Assembly: GCA_009103225.1 (NCBI GenBank)
Contig: RHPI01000140.1
Coordinates: forward strand, 124,001 to 188,000
Reading direction: 5' to 3'
DNA from: Chlorokybus atmophyticus
Lineage: Eukaryota; Plantae; Mesostigma and Chlorokybus algae
DNA: 64,000 bases
Shown here in pieces: positions 39,618-52,529 of this stretch. The notes under the pieces were generated by a model, which did no database searches, was not told the origin of the DNA, and saw only the letters and a list, made by a program, of their open reading frames with translations. The position numbers were made by a program, and so were the translations under genes. Numbering within the stretch: the first letter of the stretch is position 1; every line of letters starts with the position of its first letter.

Positions 39618-42600
39618 TCAGCCGGCCACTGCGAGCGCAGCCAGCACCGGCAATAGTAAACAGCAAAGCAACATTGAGATAGATGTTGGGTGCTGTGAGC
39701 GCACAGCCACGGCGTCGTTCTGCGGAACGCTTGAACCCGTAGATAATGACACTGATTGCAGTGTAAAGGTCTCCAGGCCTGGCCAACAACAACAAACATA
39801 ACATCAGGTGACATGTGAATGTCCACATCTCAGGAGATTTGTGTGTACTGGTCTGTGCACAGTAAATACACGAGGATGAGTTCACTGTGCACGGGAAAGG
39901 CACACAAACCCACACACACTATCAGATTACTGACCAGCGCCAATGTTGCCAAAGTTAAGGACTAGGCGTCCGTTGCCCGTCACGTCAGATGACGGCGTGA
40001 AGGTCTGCGTCCATGTGCCGAGGTAGTTGTCCATCTGAAAACCACAGCATGATGAGGATTGACCCACAATGTCATTGACAACATCAACATGTATGCTTGC
40101 CTGTATCGTGTATGTTGGCAGCCCACCCAATGGCGCAAACTCGGGTGAGCCGCTATCGACTACAAACTGCACAGATCGCACACTGTACTGCGTCTTGCCC
40201 TGCACACATACACACATATCACAATAGTAGACTGAACAAACACATGTATTGTATCAGCCAGACTGCAGTCTATCAGCCAGACTGGTGCATGGCATGCACA
40301 CACCAACACACTATAATGTCACTCTCGTACTCTGATAGCGAGCGTGTACTTGGTGCCGGCCTTCAGGTAGAGCCCGCCTTGGCTCATTTGTATGTGGAAG
40401 GGTTCGGTCCCGCCGTTGGCGACCGTTATCTGCGTCGATGTGGCCACACCTTTGTCACCTAAGTACAACGCAAGTCTCGTAGGATACAATCACAGGAGCA
40501 GTGAACATGTGTGCACGCATGCGCGTGCTCATGCGCGTGCGCGTGCGCGCGCGCCATGTGTTTGCGCTCTCCTGTGTGTAAGTGTGCGTGCATGCCAGCG
40601 CGTGCGTGCGCATGAATGTGCTGATGCGTGCACGTGCTAATGTGTGCATGTGCACGTGTATGACAACACCTCAAACCATACCGCTGATGCATGAGAAGTT
40701 GGCAGCTGCTGGATACAACGCCCCGAACGCCCACGGCGCCGACCACGCCGCAGTGCATCCGGATGACGGCCCTGCAGACAAGCACATCATCAACACATTG
40801 ATGCAAAGTTGTATACCTGTAGTGTTGCGGTTGTGAAGGTGTTCGTGTGCGTACCTATGTTGAAATTTGAGTTGTAGAGAAGTGGTCGGCCCGCCGGGGC
40901 GGATGAGGGGGGCGGCGAGCACGTCAATGTGACGGACTTGATGGCGAATGACACACCGGAGTTCACGGACGTGCCGAACTGCCAATGGCCACAGTGTGTG
41001 TGGGAGTGCGTAAATGCATGTGTGTGCGTGTGAGCGCGTGCTTGCGTGCACATATGCGTGCACGCACGCACGCACATGCTCACATGCATACTTATGTGCA
41101 TCTGCATGAGTCCGTGCATGTGCATGTGTCTGTGCATGTGCACGCGTTTGAATTTGAATGTGCATGTGTGTGTGTCTCTGCGCGCACGCACGCACTTGTG
41201 TGCGCTTGCGTGAGGGTAGCACACCAGTGGTATGTAAGCTTGAACGTCACATATCACGTAAACACATGCGATCAGCGCTCTAGACCCGTTGTACATCATG
41301 CCCAAACAGTTGTCTCACCTGCAAGGCGACACGTGCGGTCCGCGCCGCGCTGATGCCCGTGAAGCCAAACGCATACGTCTGCTCCGTGGACCTGTTCACC
41401 GAACACAACATTCAGCACATGAACACCCACTTTACTACCATAGCAGCGGGTCTCATATGAACCACAACTGTCTCTCACTCCCAACCAAACTCACCCGATG
41501 CCGATCCAGTTGGTGTCCGTGCTTCCGATAGGCGAGTAGTTGGGCCAACCCGTGTCGACGAGAGCGCGCAAAGCCGGAGCCGCAGTCGCAAGCGAACCCG
41601 CGCTCCTCGTTGCTAACGCCGTCACGGATATCACGTACCTAACAACAACATTATCATTACCACAAACACACACACACACGTGCAATGCGTGCGTGCGTGC
41701 GCACGCCTTGTGTGTGTGCGCGCGTGCATGCACACCCACAAGGCGTGTGCGTGGTGTGCTTGCGTGCGTGTACAAAACACGCACGCACGCACGCACTCAC
41801 ACAAGCACACGTGCACGTGCACACATAGAGCTTGTACAGAGCGCACGCAACAACTCACTTTGTATTGGCTTGAAGGCTGACGCCGAGTTGGCTCAGCTGA
41901 ATTGCGAACGGGTCCGTTGCGCCGTTCGTCACCGAGACCAGCGCGCCCCCGCGTTCCAAACAACCCAACGTCGCCTATAACCACGCGCAAAGAGAGATCA
42001 ATGTTGGGTTGTGGACTTTGCGTTATGCGACGTTGTGTTTGTTGTTGGTGTTGGTGTGCACCTCTGCGGGAGACTTGGTGTCGAAGTTCCAACCGGACAG
42101 AAAAGGGTTGCTCGTGCACGGGGAGTCCGACCCGAATGTTGGGTTGTGTAGTCTGCAAGTATGTGGTTGTGGTTTGTTGGTCATAACAGAGAAAACAAAC
42201 ACGAAGATATAAGACAATTGATTGTGTGAACACATGGGTGCATCACTGAATGGATAATGCATGGTGCACTGAATGCACAAATGAGAACCTTGAAACAGCG
42301 GTTGAAACCATGATACAACGAATGGAGTGATTTTCTCACTTACTGGCCTTGTTGACTAACTCATACCATCACTACGACCGACCCGCATTTGAGCCAATGC
42401 TGGCAAGCAAGAACGCAACCATCAAAGTAAGGCATGAACGTGTGACGCATGAACGAATGAATGAAAAGTGCAACGAAGTGAACTGAAAAACCACTGATTC
42501 CGTGCATGACGAGACAACAAAACACACTCACATGGATACGGCGCAGTCTGCGTATGCTGCTGACGGTGCGGGCTCGTTGCACATCGCGGCAGAACAATCT

Positions 42601-43399
42601 TGATGGCAGCTCACGCACTCGCCTGTGTCGCAGTTGCGGTCGCTGACAGAAGAACGGACACAAAACACAAGTTAGAGTGAGTGACTGGACGAGTGAGTGA
42701 GTGAGTGAGTGAGTGAGTGAGCATATGAATGAACGAACAAGTAAATGATCGAACCAGCTCTTGGATGAATGATACGTGGGTCAATGTGTGAGTTCTCAGA
42801 GTGACTTAGCCAGAAACCACATGAACGTCACACCAATTGGTCACTCCGTTTGTCCTGCAGTGATCAGCTTCTTCCCGTTCACTCACGCATGTATAAACCC
42901 GTCCCGACACGTCTTATGCATATCCCAACACACGCTCACGCTCACCCGCATACGGGGACGTCGAAAGCGGACGGGTTGGCGGCGATGTACTGCGCAGTCG
43001 GGAACGCGGCGGGCGAGCAGTCCACGTTCTCGCTGCCCGGCTTCTGATACACTCTGCGCACGCACACGCAACATGTTGGGATGGTTTTCTCGAACTCAAA
43101 CATCACAACATCGTCTTCATTGTGCACATGCGCACGAGCGCGCGCACGCACACCCACCCACACTTGTTACCGTATATAGTCGACAAGCAGCGAGCCCGGC
43201 ATGGGCAGCGTCTTATCCAGCGGCGAGAAGTCCTCCGCCGACGCCAAGTTCCAGATCAGGTACATGGGCTCCTAACACCACACCACCCACACATCACCCC
43301 ACATCACATCACCCCCCACATCCTCCCNNNNNNNNNNNNNNNNNNNNNNNNNNNNNNNNNNNNNNNNNNNNNNNNNNNNNNNNNNNNNNNNNNNNNNNN

Positions 43400-43443
<44 letters not shown>

Positions 43444-44256
43444 ACCACCACCACCACCCAACCACCCCCCAACCCAACCCAACATATCCCCACAATCCCC
43501 ACCCTCCTCACCAACGGTATGTCCCGCTGGCCCACAGATTGGCCAGCGTTGTTGGTCTGGCCTCTGAGAGCTTCTTGTAATATCTCGTAGACGAGGGTGT
43601 CGTCGAGGAACCAGCGCATGGAGACGCCGGGGCCCCACTCGAGGGCGTACTTGTGGAAAGTGCTGAAATGGGAGGGGCTGCGATGGGGGATGGAGAGTTG
43701 TTGAGTGTGGCTGTGTGAAGGGATGCACACGCACACATGTCCACGCTCACACGTGCATGCGTGCGTGTGCGCCTGCGTGCACGCACACGCACGCATGCGC
43801 ATACCAACGTGTACAACCACGCGCACGGACACGCACATAACACACACGCACCCATGCATACATGGATGCGCAAAGGCACACGCACACAAACATGCGCATG
43901 TGATGCACACAAGCAAACACGCCCACGCCCATGCACACACACACACACACACGCACAATCACACTCCCCCCCACCCCCACCCCCGCCTCCCCTTCACCTT
44001 AGTTTGCTGAGCGCCGACACCGAGTCCTGGTAGAGGTTCCCCTGGTACGGGTTGCGCTCCGTCTCGAACGGCGTGGTCGCGCCAGGGAAGGAGAGGTTGG
44101 CGGCGTAGGAGAGGCCGGGAGGGAGGAGAGGCGCGATCTGGTAGGAACACATGCGTGCATATGTGCAGGCACGCGTGTGTATGCATGTATGGGTCTGTGT
44201 GCATGCTTGTGTGTGCATGCGTGCGCGTGCACGTCCTGATGGCCGTGCGCGAGCCA

Positions 44257-44296
<40 letters not shown>

Positions 44297-45928
44297 ATAC
44301 GCTCATATGCGTACGCACGTGTATCTCTGCATGTACGTTTGCACCCACCCACCCCTGTCCCCGTACCTGCAGCGTCGTGGATATCCCCCCTCCCGCGCTC
44401 CCCCCATACGCCTCCACCAGGTCCCACTCCGGCACCCCCCTTCCCTGTCTCGGATTCAGCCCGTTCCCAGGAGCGCTGTCGCACGCGCTGATCTTCTGAC
44501 CGGAGGAGAAGCCCTCCCAGGAGACGGGGCCGGAAGCGGGGTCGCAGACGGAGTAGGAGAAGGGCCAGAGGCCGTCCGTGGACTCGCGGGAACCTGCGGA
44601 GGGTGGTTGGGTGGGTGTCGTGTGGCTGTTGTACAGTCAACGGGCGGAAGATGCACGTGCGCGTACGTGTTGTGTGTGTGTACACCTGATCGCATATGTA
44701 CACGCACGCGCGCGCGTGCGCGCGCATGCCTATACATCCACATTAAGTGTTTTGTTTCTGTGAGTTGTGTGTGCTGCCCACCTGGTTTTCCGAGGTTTCC
44801 GAGCGACCACAACGCGGGCCAGAATCCGGAAATCGTGCCGTCGCCGGGGAGCTGCACGCTCGCCTCGACGTAACCGCCAGTGAAACAGAACCTGAGTATG
44901 GATGTGTGTTTGCGTGTGCATGCATCACAGTTTTGGTCACGCGAGTGTGTGTCTGAATGTGTGTGGGCTCAGGAATATGTACGCGGGCGCGCGTGCTCGT
45001 GTGCGTGTGTGCGCGTGCATGTGCGTGCACGTGCGTTCTTGTCTTGAGTCTAGGCACGCATGTATGACATTTCCTCTCTCTTCCCCTCTCCCTCTCTTAC
45101 TTGTTCCACGACGACACCATGGCGCTCACAAAGTCGTGCGCCTGTCCGTGCCGATCGTACGTAACATTCTGCCCCAAGCCAGATTCATCAGGCCAAGTCT
45201 TCACGTTGCATAAGCAGAACAAACGAACGAAACCCCCACTTGCCTGAGAGAATGTGATGGTGCCGTAGCCGCCCTTTGTGGTGGCGGCGTAAGGCTTGTA
45301 GACCTCGTGATCGCCGGTCACGGCGTAGTACACGTCCAACGCTTCCCACCTACACGCACGTACAAATACATTTGCTGCACAACTTCATGTAGTGCCCTAG
45401 GATGTACATATACACATCTGTGTCTGTGTGTGTGTCCTGCACATCAACTGCTGTAGCTTGCATACACACACACACACACATGTATGCTTAAAATGGACAG
45501 GTGTATGCGCGTGCGCACACAGACACGCGGACTCGCACGCACATGTATGTGTAGAACACACATACAAACTGTGTGTGAGTCACCCTCCACCCCAAACACA
45601 CACATACACGTGTGTACATGTCATGTGTGTGTTTAGTCTTATAAAATACGACATCGCATGTTATTCGCGTAAGAGCAGCAGCCTTTATTCAGAATGTTGT
45701 GTGCATGCAAATTGTACGCAGCGTTTACTTTGAGTCTGCCCCAGAGTAGAACGATCTGCCATCAGCATTGAACTCGTCGCTGAACACCAGGCCATAGGCG
45801 GCGGACTGGACGGTGACGCTGTTGGCGGCGGAGGGCGTGTCCTTATCGATCCAGTTCGTCGCCGCCGCCGATGCCACCAATGTCACCAGCCAGACCGCCA
45901 CCGAAATTCCCCGCCACCTTACCCCCAT
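39618..45928 (-). CDS. KRE6/SKN1-type GH16 beta-glucan transglycosylase with signal peptide, Cys-rich repeat, two CBM4/9-like modules and a C-terminal hydrophobic (GPI/TM) tail
   Basis: [96 protein letters not shown]. Most downstream exon junctions were checked and are phase-consistent to a TGA at 39620-39618; a gap lies inside one intron. Confidence 0.85.
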
Positions 45929-46249
45929 CCCGCCGCCGCCGCCGCCGTCTCTGGCCTGGTCGCCGCCCCCTCTCTCTGGCCTGACGTCAGCGCAGCCTGG
46001 TAACGGCTATATCGGCAAAGTCGCGTCAACAAATGCTGCAATGGGCCATTCAAACTAGCAAGTGAGACAGTTATCAGTGATTAGTCCTTCTGATATCGGT
46101 AAAATATCTGCGCCACGTGCCGCGACGACTTTGTTAAGCCGACAGTCGACCATATTGAGTCATTGTGCTACTTGTCGGTGCAGTAGTGGGCCTGTCACGT
46201 GACGCTTAGCCTCATCTGGTTGTTGTCGTGTGATGCCACGTGGCATGAC

Positions 46250-46259
46250 ATGGAGGACA

Positions 46260-46295
<36 letters not shown>

Positions 46296-46409
46296 GCGCT
46301 GGTGGCCGCAGGCTTGTGGGCGCTATGGATGGCGCCTGCCTGCGGCTGGCGGATTGCTTCGTCGGGGATGAGGCGGCCGATAAGGCGGCGGAACAGAAGC
46401 TCGCTGAGG

Positions 46410-46442
<33 letters not shown>

Positions 46443-49400
46443 TCGTGTTCCTGTCCAGCTTGCTACAATTCATGTTGCTACTGGTTGTGTTTGTAGTCTG
46501 ATATCAAATGTGCAGTTAGTTGGCGAGGCTGCTGAAGTGACGCGCATCGACCTCAGCGGCTGCAACCTCTACCGCACCGAGGCCGTGGCGCAGCTGATGC
46601 GCTCTGCTCCAAGACTCCACAGGTGTGCAGAGAGTTTCTGACACACATCCACATTGAGTACATCGCTTTTGGACTATTGTGTTTTGTGTGAGCGCAGTTT
46701 GAGTCTGGAGTGGAACAGCTTTGGTCTGGATGATGCGGCGGTGGCGCTGATGGCGGCGGCTCTACCGGACTGCCCATGCCTATCAGACGTATGGCATGGA
46801 TATGGCTATGTTATATACGCAGACACACACGCACGCGTGAACTCACACATGCGCACGTGCCGATGCATACACGCGCAATGCAAATGCGCACATACACTCA
46901 CGGACGCATGCGAACATGCATGCCGTCAGTGACACATGCGCACAGTCAGTCATGCACACGCACACGAGCACACGCACGCGCGCACACACACACACATAGA
47001 AAGCCTCATGCACGTGCTCACCTCCTTCAGGTCGACTTGCGCAACTGCCGCATCGGTCCCACCGGCGCCGCCGCCCTCGCGCGCTCCCTCCGCACCAACA
47101 CCACCATTGAACGCATAGGTGGACACTCTGCCACGCTCATCACTTCACCCACTCACCCACCCACCCACACCACCACACACACACACACACACACACATGT
47201 GTTTCTTGTGTCCCAGATCTGAGGTGGAACCATGTTGGCAACGGGGGTGCGGCGGCTTTCGTTGACAGCCTACGCACCAACCGCATGCTGAAGCAGATGC
47301 CGCTAGCGGGCAACGGGGTGTCCGAGGCACACATAAGACAAATAGGTGGGTGGGTGGGTGGGGGTGGGTGTTGTATGCGCAACAATTCGCCAATTCTCAT
47401 CATCATTAACTATGCATGTGTGTTTTGCGCACACGTACCGTACACATGCCAAGTTACGTGTGTGCGTGTTTCTGCGCGCACACATGTGCATGCCTGTCTA
47501 CCTAAGCACACGTGTGGGGGCGCGTACAAGTGCATGTGTGGGCGCCTGATGTGCGTGAGTGCATATGCACGTGTGCACACAAGCGTGCCCACGTGCTTGC
47601 ACGTCATTGTGTCCGAGTTTTTTGGAATTCATTCATTGTCCTGATAACACCAACAAACTCATCGCAGACGCTCTGCTACAGCGCAACCGCAACGCATCCC
47701 CCGTCGTTCACACCATCGTCGAGACCAAGCCCGCCGTCGACGCCAAAGCCTCCCTCAACGCCGACAAGGCAAGGATAAGGATGAAACACTGTGACATTCA
47801 TCCGCAACAACCACAACAATGACATGACATGACAGTAGCGATGGCAATGCGCGTGCAGGTGGTTGTGCTGGAGAGGCAGCTGCTGCAGGTGAAGGAGGAG
47901 TTGGTTGGGGCGCGGGCGGGGGAGCGGGACGCCACAGCTCAACGGGACGGCGCCAGACAACAGGTGGACATATATGAGCGATGAGACTTAGTCTATGGTG
48001 CAACTCCGTCGCTGAGCCAGCGGGTTGAGCACGTTGGCAGATAGACATTAGCAGTAGCAAAGCGTGCACGCACGCGGGGCACGCGCGTGTATACGCACAT
48101 GTACACATGCGCACACACACACACTCGCACACTCCTGTACGCGGGTGCACATTTGCACCTGTACGTGGGCGCCCGCGTGCGGCCATGCACGCGCTCACGT
48201 TTGCATACGTGCGCGCCTGTGTGTGTGCAAACACACACAATGCCTTGCTATGCAAGTACAAGTTCGTACAACCAGATCGCTCATTCATCTGAGCGCCTGT
48301 AAACTGCGCTCAGATCAATAAGCCAAATGCAGTCATACACCTGATTGGAACATAGATCCAGATGGCACTGACGAGTGTATGTACAGATCATGAAGCTGGA
48401 GAAAGAGTTGGGTCTGGAACGCGAAGCTTGCCTGAGCGCTAGCGAACAATGCAAGAAGCTCGCGCAGGAGCTGAAACAGACTCAGGCGGTGAGACAAATG
48501 TAACAAGCATTTGTGTGCCGTTGCTCTTGATTATGAGACAAACAAACCCATATCACAGATGCTCGCGAGCGTTGAGACCAAGCTCGCTGCGTGCGAAGCG
48601 CGCGAGGTGGCGAGCAGAGAAGCCGAAGCCGCCCGAACCGCTGCATCAGGCAAGCTATCGTAGTTGTTGTTGTTGTTGTTGCTGTTGCCACATGCCCACA
48701 CTTGTGTTCGCCCTCAGACGTTCAACTTGCCGAGGCCCGAGCGCGCATCAGAGCCCTTACCTCGGAATGCGACTCCTCCCGCGCCGCTCTGTCCCAAGCC
48801 CAACACGACCACCAAGAAAGGTACACCCTTTCTCGATCTCCCTCCCCACACTCACCCACTCACTCTCTCTCTCTCGCAGTCTCTCCTCCCTGTCTTCGTC
48901 CCACGCCTCCGCGCTGGCGTCGTCGCGTTCCGCGGTCGAGGAGGAGCGGCGGGGGAGGGAGGCCGAGCGGAAGGGGAGGGAGGAGGAGAGGAGGGGACGG
49001 GAGGAGGAGAGGAGAAGGGCAGAGGAACGGGAGAGGGAAAGGGAGAAGGTGGGTGTTGTGTTGCGGTGGATGGGTGGGTTGGTGCAGCTGTGTGTTGTGT
49101 TGCAGTGTTACACTGGTGCAAAGGCGTGCAAAGGGGTTGCTGATGTGGCTGTGGCACTGGCACTGGTAGCAGTGTTGCTACTGCTTGTACTGTCGCTGCT
49201 GCTGTTACTTGTTGCTGTCACTCGTAGCAGTAACAGCCGCTTGCACGATCAAACAGATGAGTGGATAGAGAACCGGTACCACTAGTATTGACACACAGTG
49301 GCAGCGCCAGTAGCAGTAGCAGGTGGCTTAACTTGCCAATGCTACTGCTGGTCACAACACAATTACACAAGCAGTGAGAGAGCAGTACCAGAAGGTCACC

Positions 49401-50613
49401 TTGCTATGGGATAATGCCACTGCAACTTCTAGTGCTACTCGTGCTACTGACTCACACTCTTGCAGCACCACCAACACTCACGCGTGCATGTGTGCCTCCC
49501 AGTCCTTCGCCCAGCAACGCGACGAGGCCTCCGCCGCCGCCTCTGCGAGAGAGTCCCAGTGGGCTCGGAGGGAGGCGGCCGCGCGGGAGGAGGCGAACGC
49601 GGGCGTGGCGGCGGCGGAGAGGAGGGCCAACGTGGCGGAGGGAGCCGCAAGGGCTGCGCAGGTGGGGGTGGGGATGGTTTTGTGACTGAGGCTGAATGGG
49701 TATGTGTGGGTGTGTTTGAGATTGTGACTTGTACACGTGATCAATTTTAGCAAGCTGTTGTGTACAAGTCACAGTCACAATCTAAACGGTTGTACACATG
49801 AACAAGTAAAAAGGTACCTTGTTCATGTGTGCACAAGTCACAGTCTAACAAGTGATTTGTTCAAGTGCAGGGGCAAGCGGATGATGCGCTTCGGGAGCTC
49901 GCGCGCTTGCGGCAAGCTGAGACGCTTGCTGTAGACTTGCACCGGCGCGAGGTGGCCTCAGAACATGCTCGCATGCAGCGTGCGGAGCAGGTATGTAGTC
50001 CAGTTATGTCACATTCTCACCATTGTCATATACACACATACATATGCACACAAACAACACGCAACATGTGCGGTCGTTGCATAATATTCTTGTCTCACTT
50101 GTGCTCTAATAGTTCCATGTCATTGAGAGCAAATATGCACTCCTTAGCTTGCGGCGGAAGCGGAGGCAAAGTGGAAGGCCTCGACCGACGAGGCCGAAAA
50201 GATCCGAGCTCGGTTGCGAGCTACCGAAGTGGAGATTGAGGCCCTTCGCAAGAGGGCGAAAGTGATCGAGACGGATGCGGAGGAGCGCGAGGCCGCGCGC
50301 GCGACGGAGGTTGCTACACTTTCTAAGCGGGCACGCGAGGAGGCCGCTGCGGGGAGACAAGCTGCTGAGAATGCCGAGCGCTTGTTGCGGGAGGTATGTA
50401 TTGTGAAGCATGTGTGCGTTGGTCATTTTCAGCTGGTACATTCTCAATAAGGGGTGCGTGTAGGTCATGGCGGAGGCGGGGAGGCGAGGAGCTGAGGCGG
50501 ATCGGCGGATTGCGGCAGCAGAAGCGGCACTTGCGGAGACGTCGCGGCAACAGTTTGCTGCGCTACGGGCTACGTGTGTTGCTGCAGCAGGGGGCTCCGT
50601 ATCGGCATCATGA
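46250..50613 (+). CDS. LRRC45: LRRC45-like protein (N-terminal RI-type LRRs plus long coiled coil), centrosome/basal-body linker family
   Basis: LRLADCFVGDE, RIDLSGCNL, SLSLEWNSFG, VDLRNCRIGPTGAAALARSLRTNTTIERIDLRWNHVG...LAGN match the LRRC45 repeat order, followed by E/R/A-rich coiled-coil exons; TGA 50611-50613. Confidence 0.75.
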
Positions 50614-52201
50614 GCATGTAGACTCTATGCATCGGACGCATATGATTAATGCTCATACATTGCATGGCCTTGTTACACGTAGTCATGTCTCAACTTACCC
50701 ACACCCACACCATCCACCCCTAACCCTCCATGGCCCCCCTCCCCCCTCACCATCAAGCCCCACACACACATGGGGTATGTGCGTGTATGTGCTTGAGTGC
50801 GCGCATACGCTTTATCTAAGCAAGGAATGAATAACGACATGCATCTATAAGCAAAAGTTTTAATTGATTATGGATAAACAATGTCAATGACTAATAATGA
50901 TACATTGACCCGATTTTTATCAGGATTGTGATGCCGGTACTGCATGATGCATTGCATGATGATTGCATAATGCATTGGACTTGTGTTATGCGAATTTTTA
51001 ACATACCTTGTCTATCATCTGAGTAGTGTAGCAATAACATAAGATGTAACCATGGTGAACTCTTAACATAAGTTCATGATTGATGTAATTGGCGCGAAAT
51101 TCTTTGTCCTCAAGGGTATTGGCAACAGAGGGCAAGCATAACCATCGATTTTGGTTTGTAACATGCATAAGCCATCGTTTACAAAGTATCGGTTGCAGTT
51201 ACAGTACTTCATGTGCGAGTTGAGCGTCTCCTCACTATAAGAGATCAGCTGGCGCTGAGACAAGTGTACATCTATGTTAAACATCAGGTGCAAGGTGATT
51301 AGCAGGCAAGCTTGCACGACGCCTAGCAAGCTTAAAGATGAGCTGCCCAATGTAAACACCGCTCCAAGAGCACGTCTTAACATTGGGCTGGCAACCATAC
51401 TCCTTTTTGTATCAAAATACCGGACTCTTGGGGCCACGCGTACGACATTGTGGAAAAAGTATTACGCTTTGGCAACACGCCGTATGTGAATGGAAGCACG
51501 ACTTAAAGAGCTTCAACACAAAATTAGTGCTGAACTTTATCGACGATTCATACAGCACCCTCGGAGTGTTAAAGTCATGCCATCAGTGTCAGCATGATCC
51601 AGTGTGTACACATGAATAGCACATGTCAGTTCAAACATATGAGAGGGAAAGGGCCTTGCAATAGTATCAATGCCTATTGATAAACACATGTCATACTCGT
51701 TTATATGCTAATTCTTGCATTTGTGGCGTGGACAATTAACATTACCATGGCACATTGCGCAGGCCTAGGCCGTATACCCACATACCCACATACACATTAC
51801 TGCATCTAGCAAAACCCACGTATGTCAATTAGCTTCACAAGTAATATTCCACAAAGCTACTCTTCACAAGGAATGCTCTCCACTGGACTCCTCTTTGGCA
51901 AAGAGGGTGTGGTTTGCAAAGCTCTACACTTAATGTGGAACGTTACCCAAAGTTCACAATAACTATACATGCTTAAGTACCGTTATCGGCTAGCTTAGTG
52001 TTAAGGCGTAATCCCAATTGCAATAAAACTTGGATTAACAAGTTCTTGCGCAGCTTCAACCACAGCATGTTTCAATGACAATATTACCAATACAATATGT
52101 ACACGTGCACACATGTGCGGACACACTGCGCAGCCATACATATCATCACAGTTCAACATAAGCGCAATCAGGTTCGTTCATGCCATGAAAATGGCACCCG
52201 T

Positions 52202-52260
52202 TTCAAGCAAGATACAAGTAGCTTCAAGCAAGATACAAATAGCTACAAGCAAGATACCAA
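52202..52260. repeat. 21-bp tandem repeat, ~2.8 copies (ttcaagcaagatacaa[g/a]tagc)
   Basis: Seen directly; head-to-tail with no spacers. Confidence 0.85.
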
Positions 52261-52529
52261 TACATTGTATAATAACATCTTACTCAACCTTCATTTACAG
52301 TACGCGCGGAATCTCGCCAAGCACACACTGAGCTCATTAACTCGAAAAAGCCATTTCAGTACGAAACAAGTATGCGCATAGCGAAGGCCGCATCATGATG
52401 AAGGCGGTTCGTTGGAGCTGATAACGATGCAGCACTTTATGTGACATGCGTGATTGCCCTTAATCTTTCATTAAATATCAAGCACAATTAGCAGCCAACA
52501 AAATGTTTTTGAGAAGTTAAAACTCGCTT

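Noticed and set aside
37900-48300. Many His/Thr/Ala/Arg- or Cys/Val-rich ORFs in the ORF track
   Set aside because: They are translations of intronic CA/GT microsatellite-like sequence.
52202-52260. 21-bp repeats as a CRISPR-like array
   Set aside because: The units are head-to-tail with no unique spacers, there are fewer than three full copies, and no cas-like gene is present.
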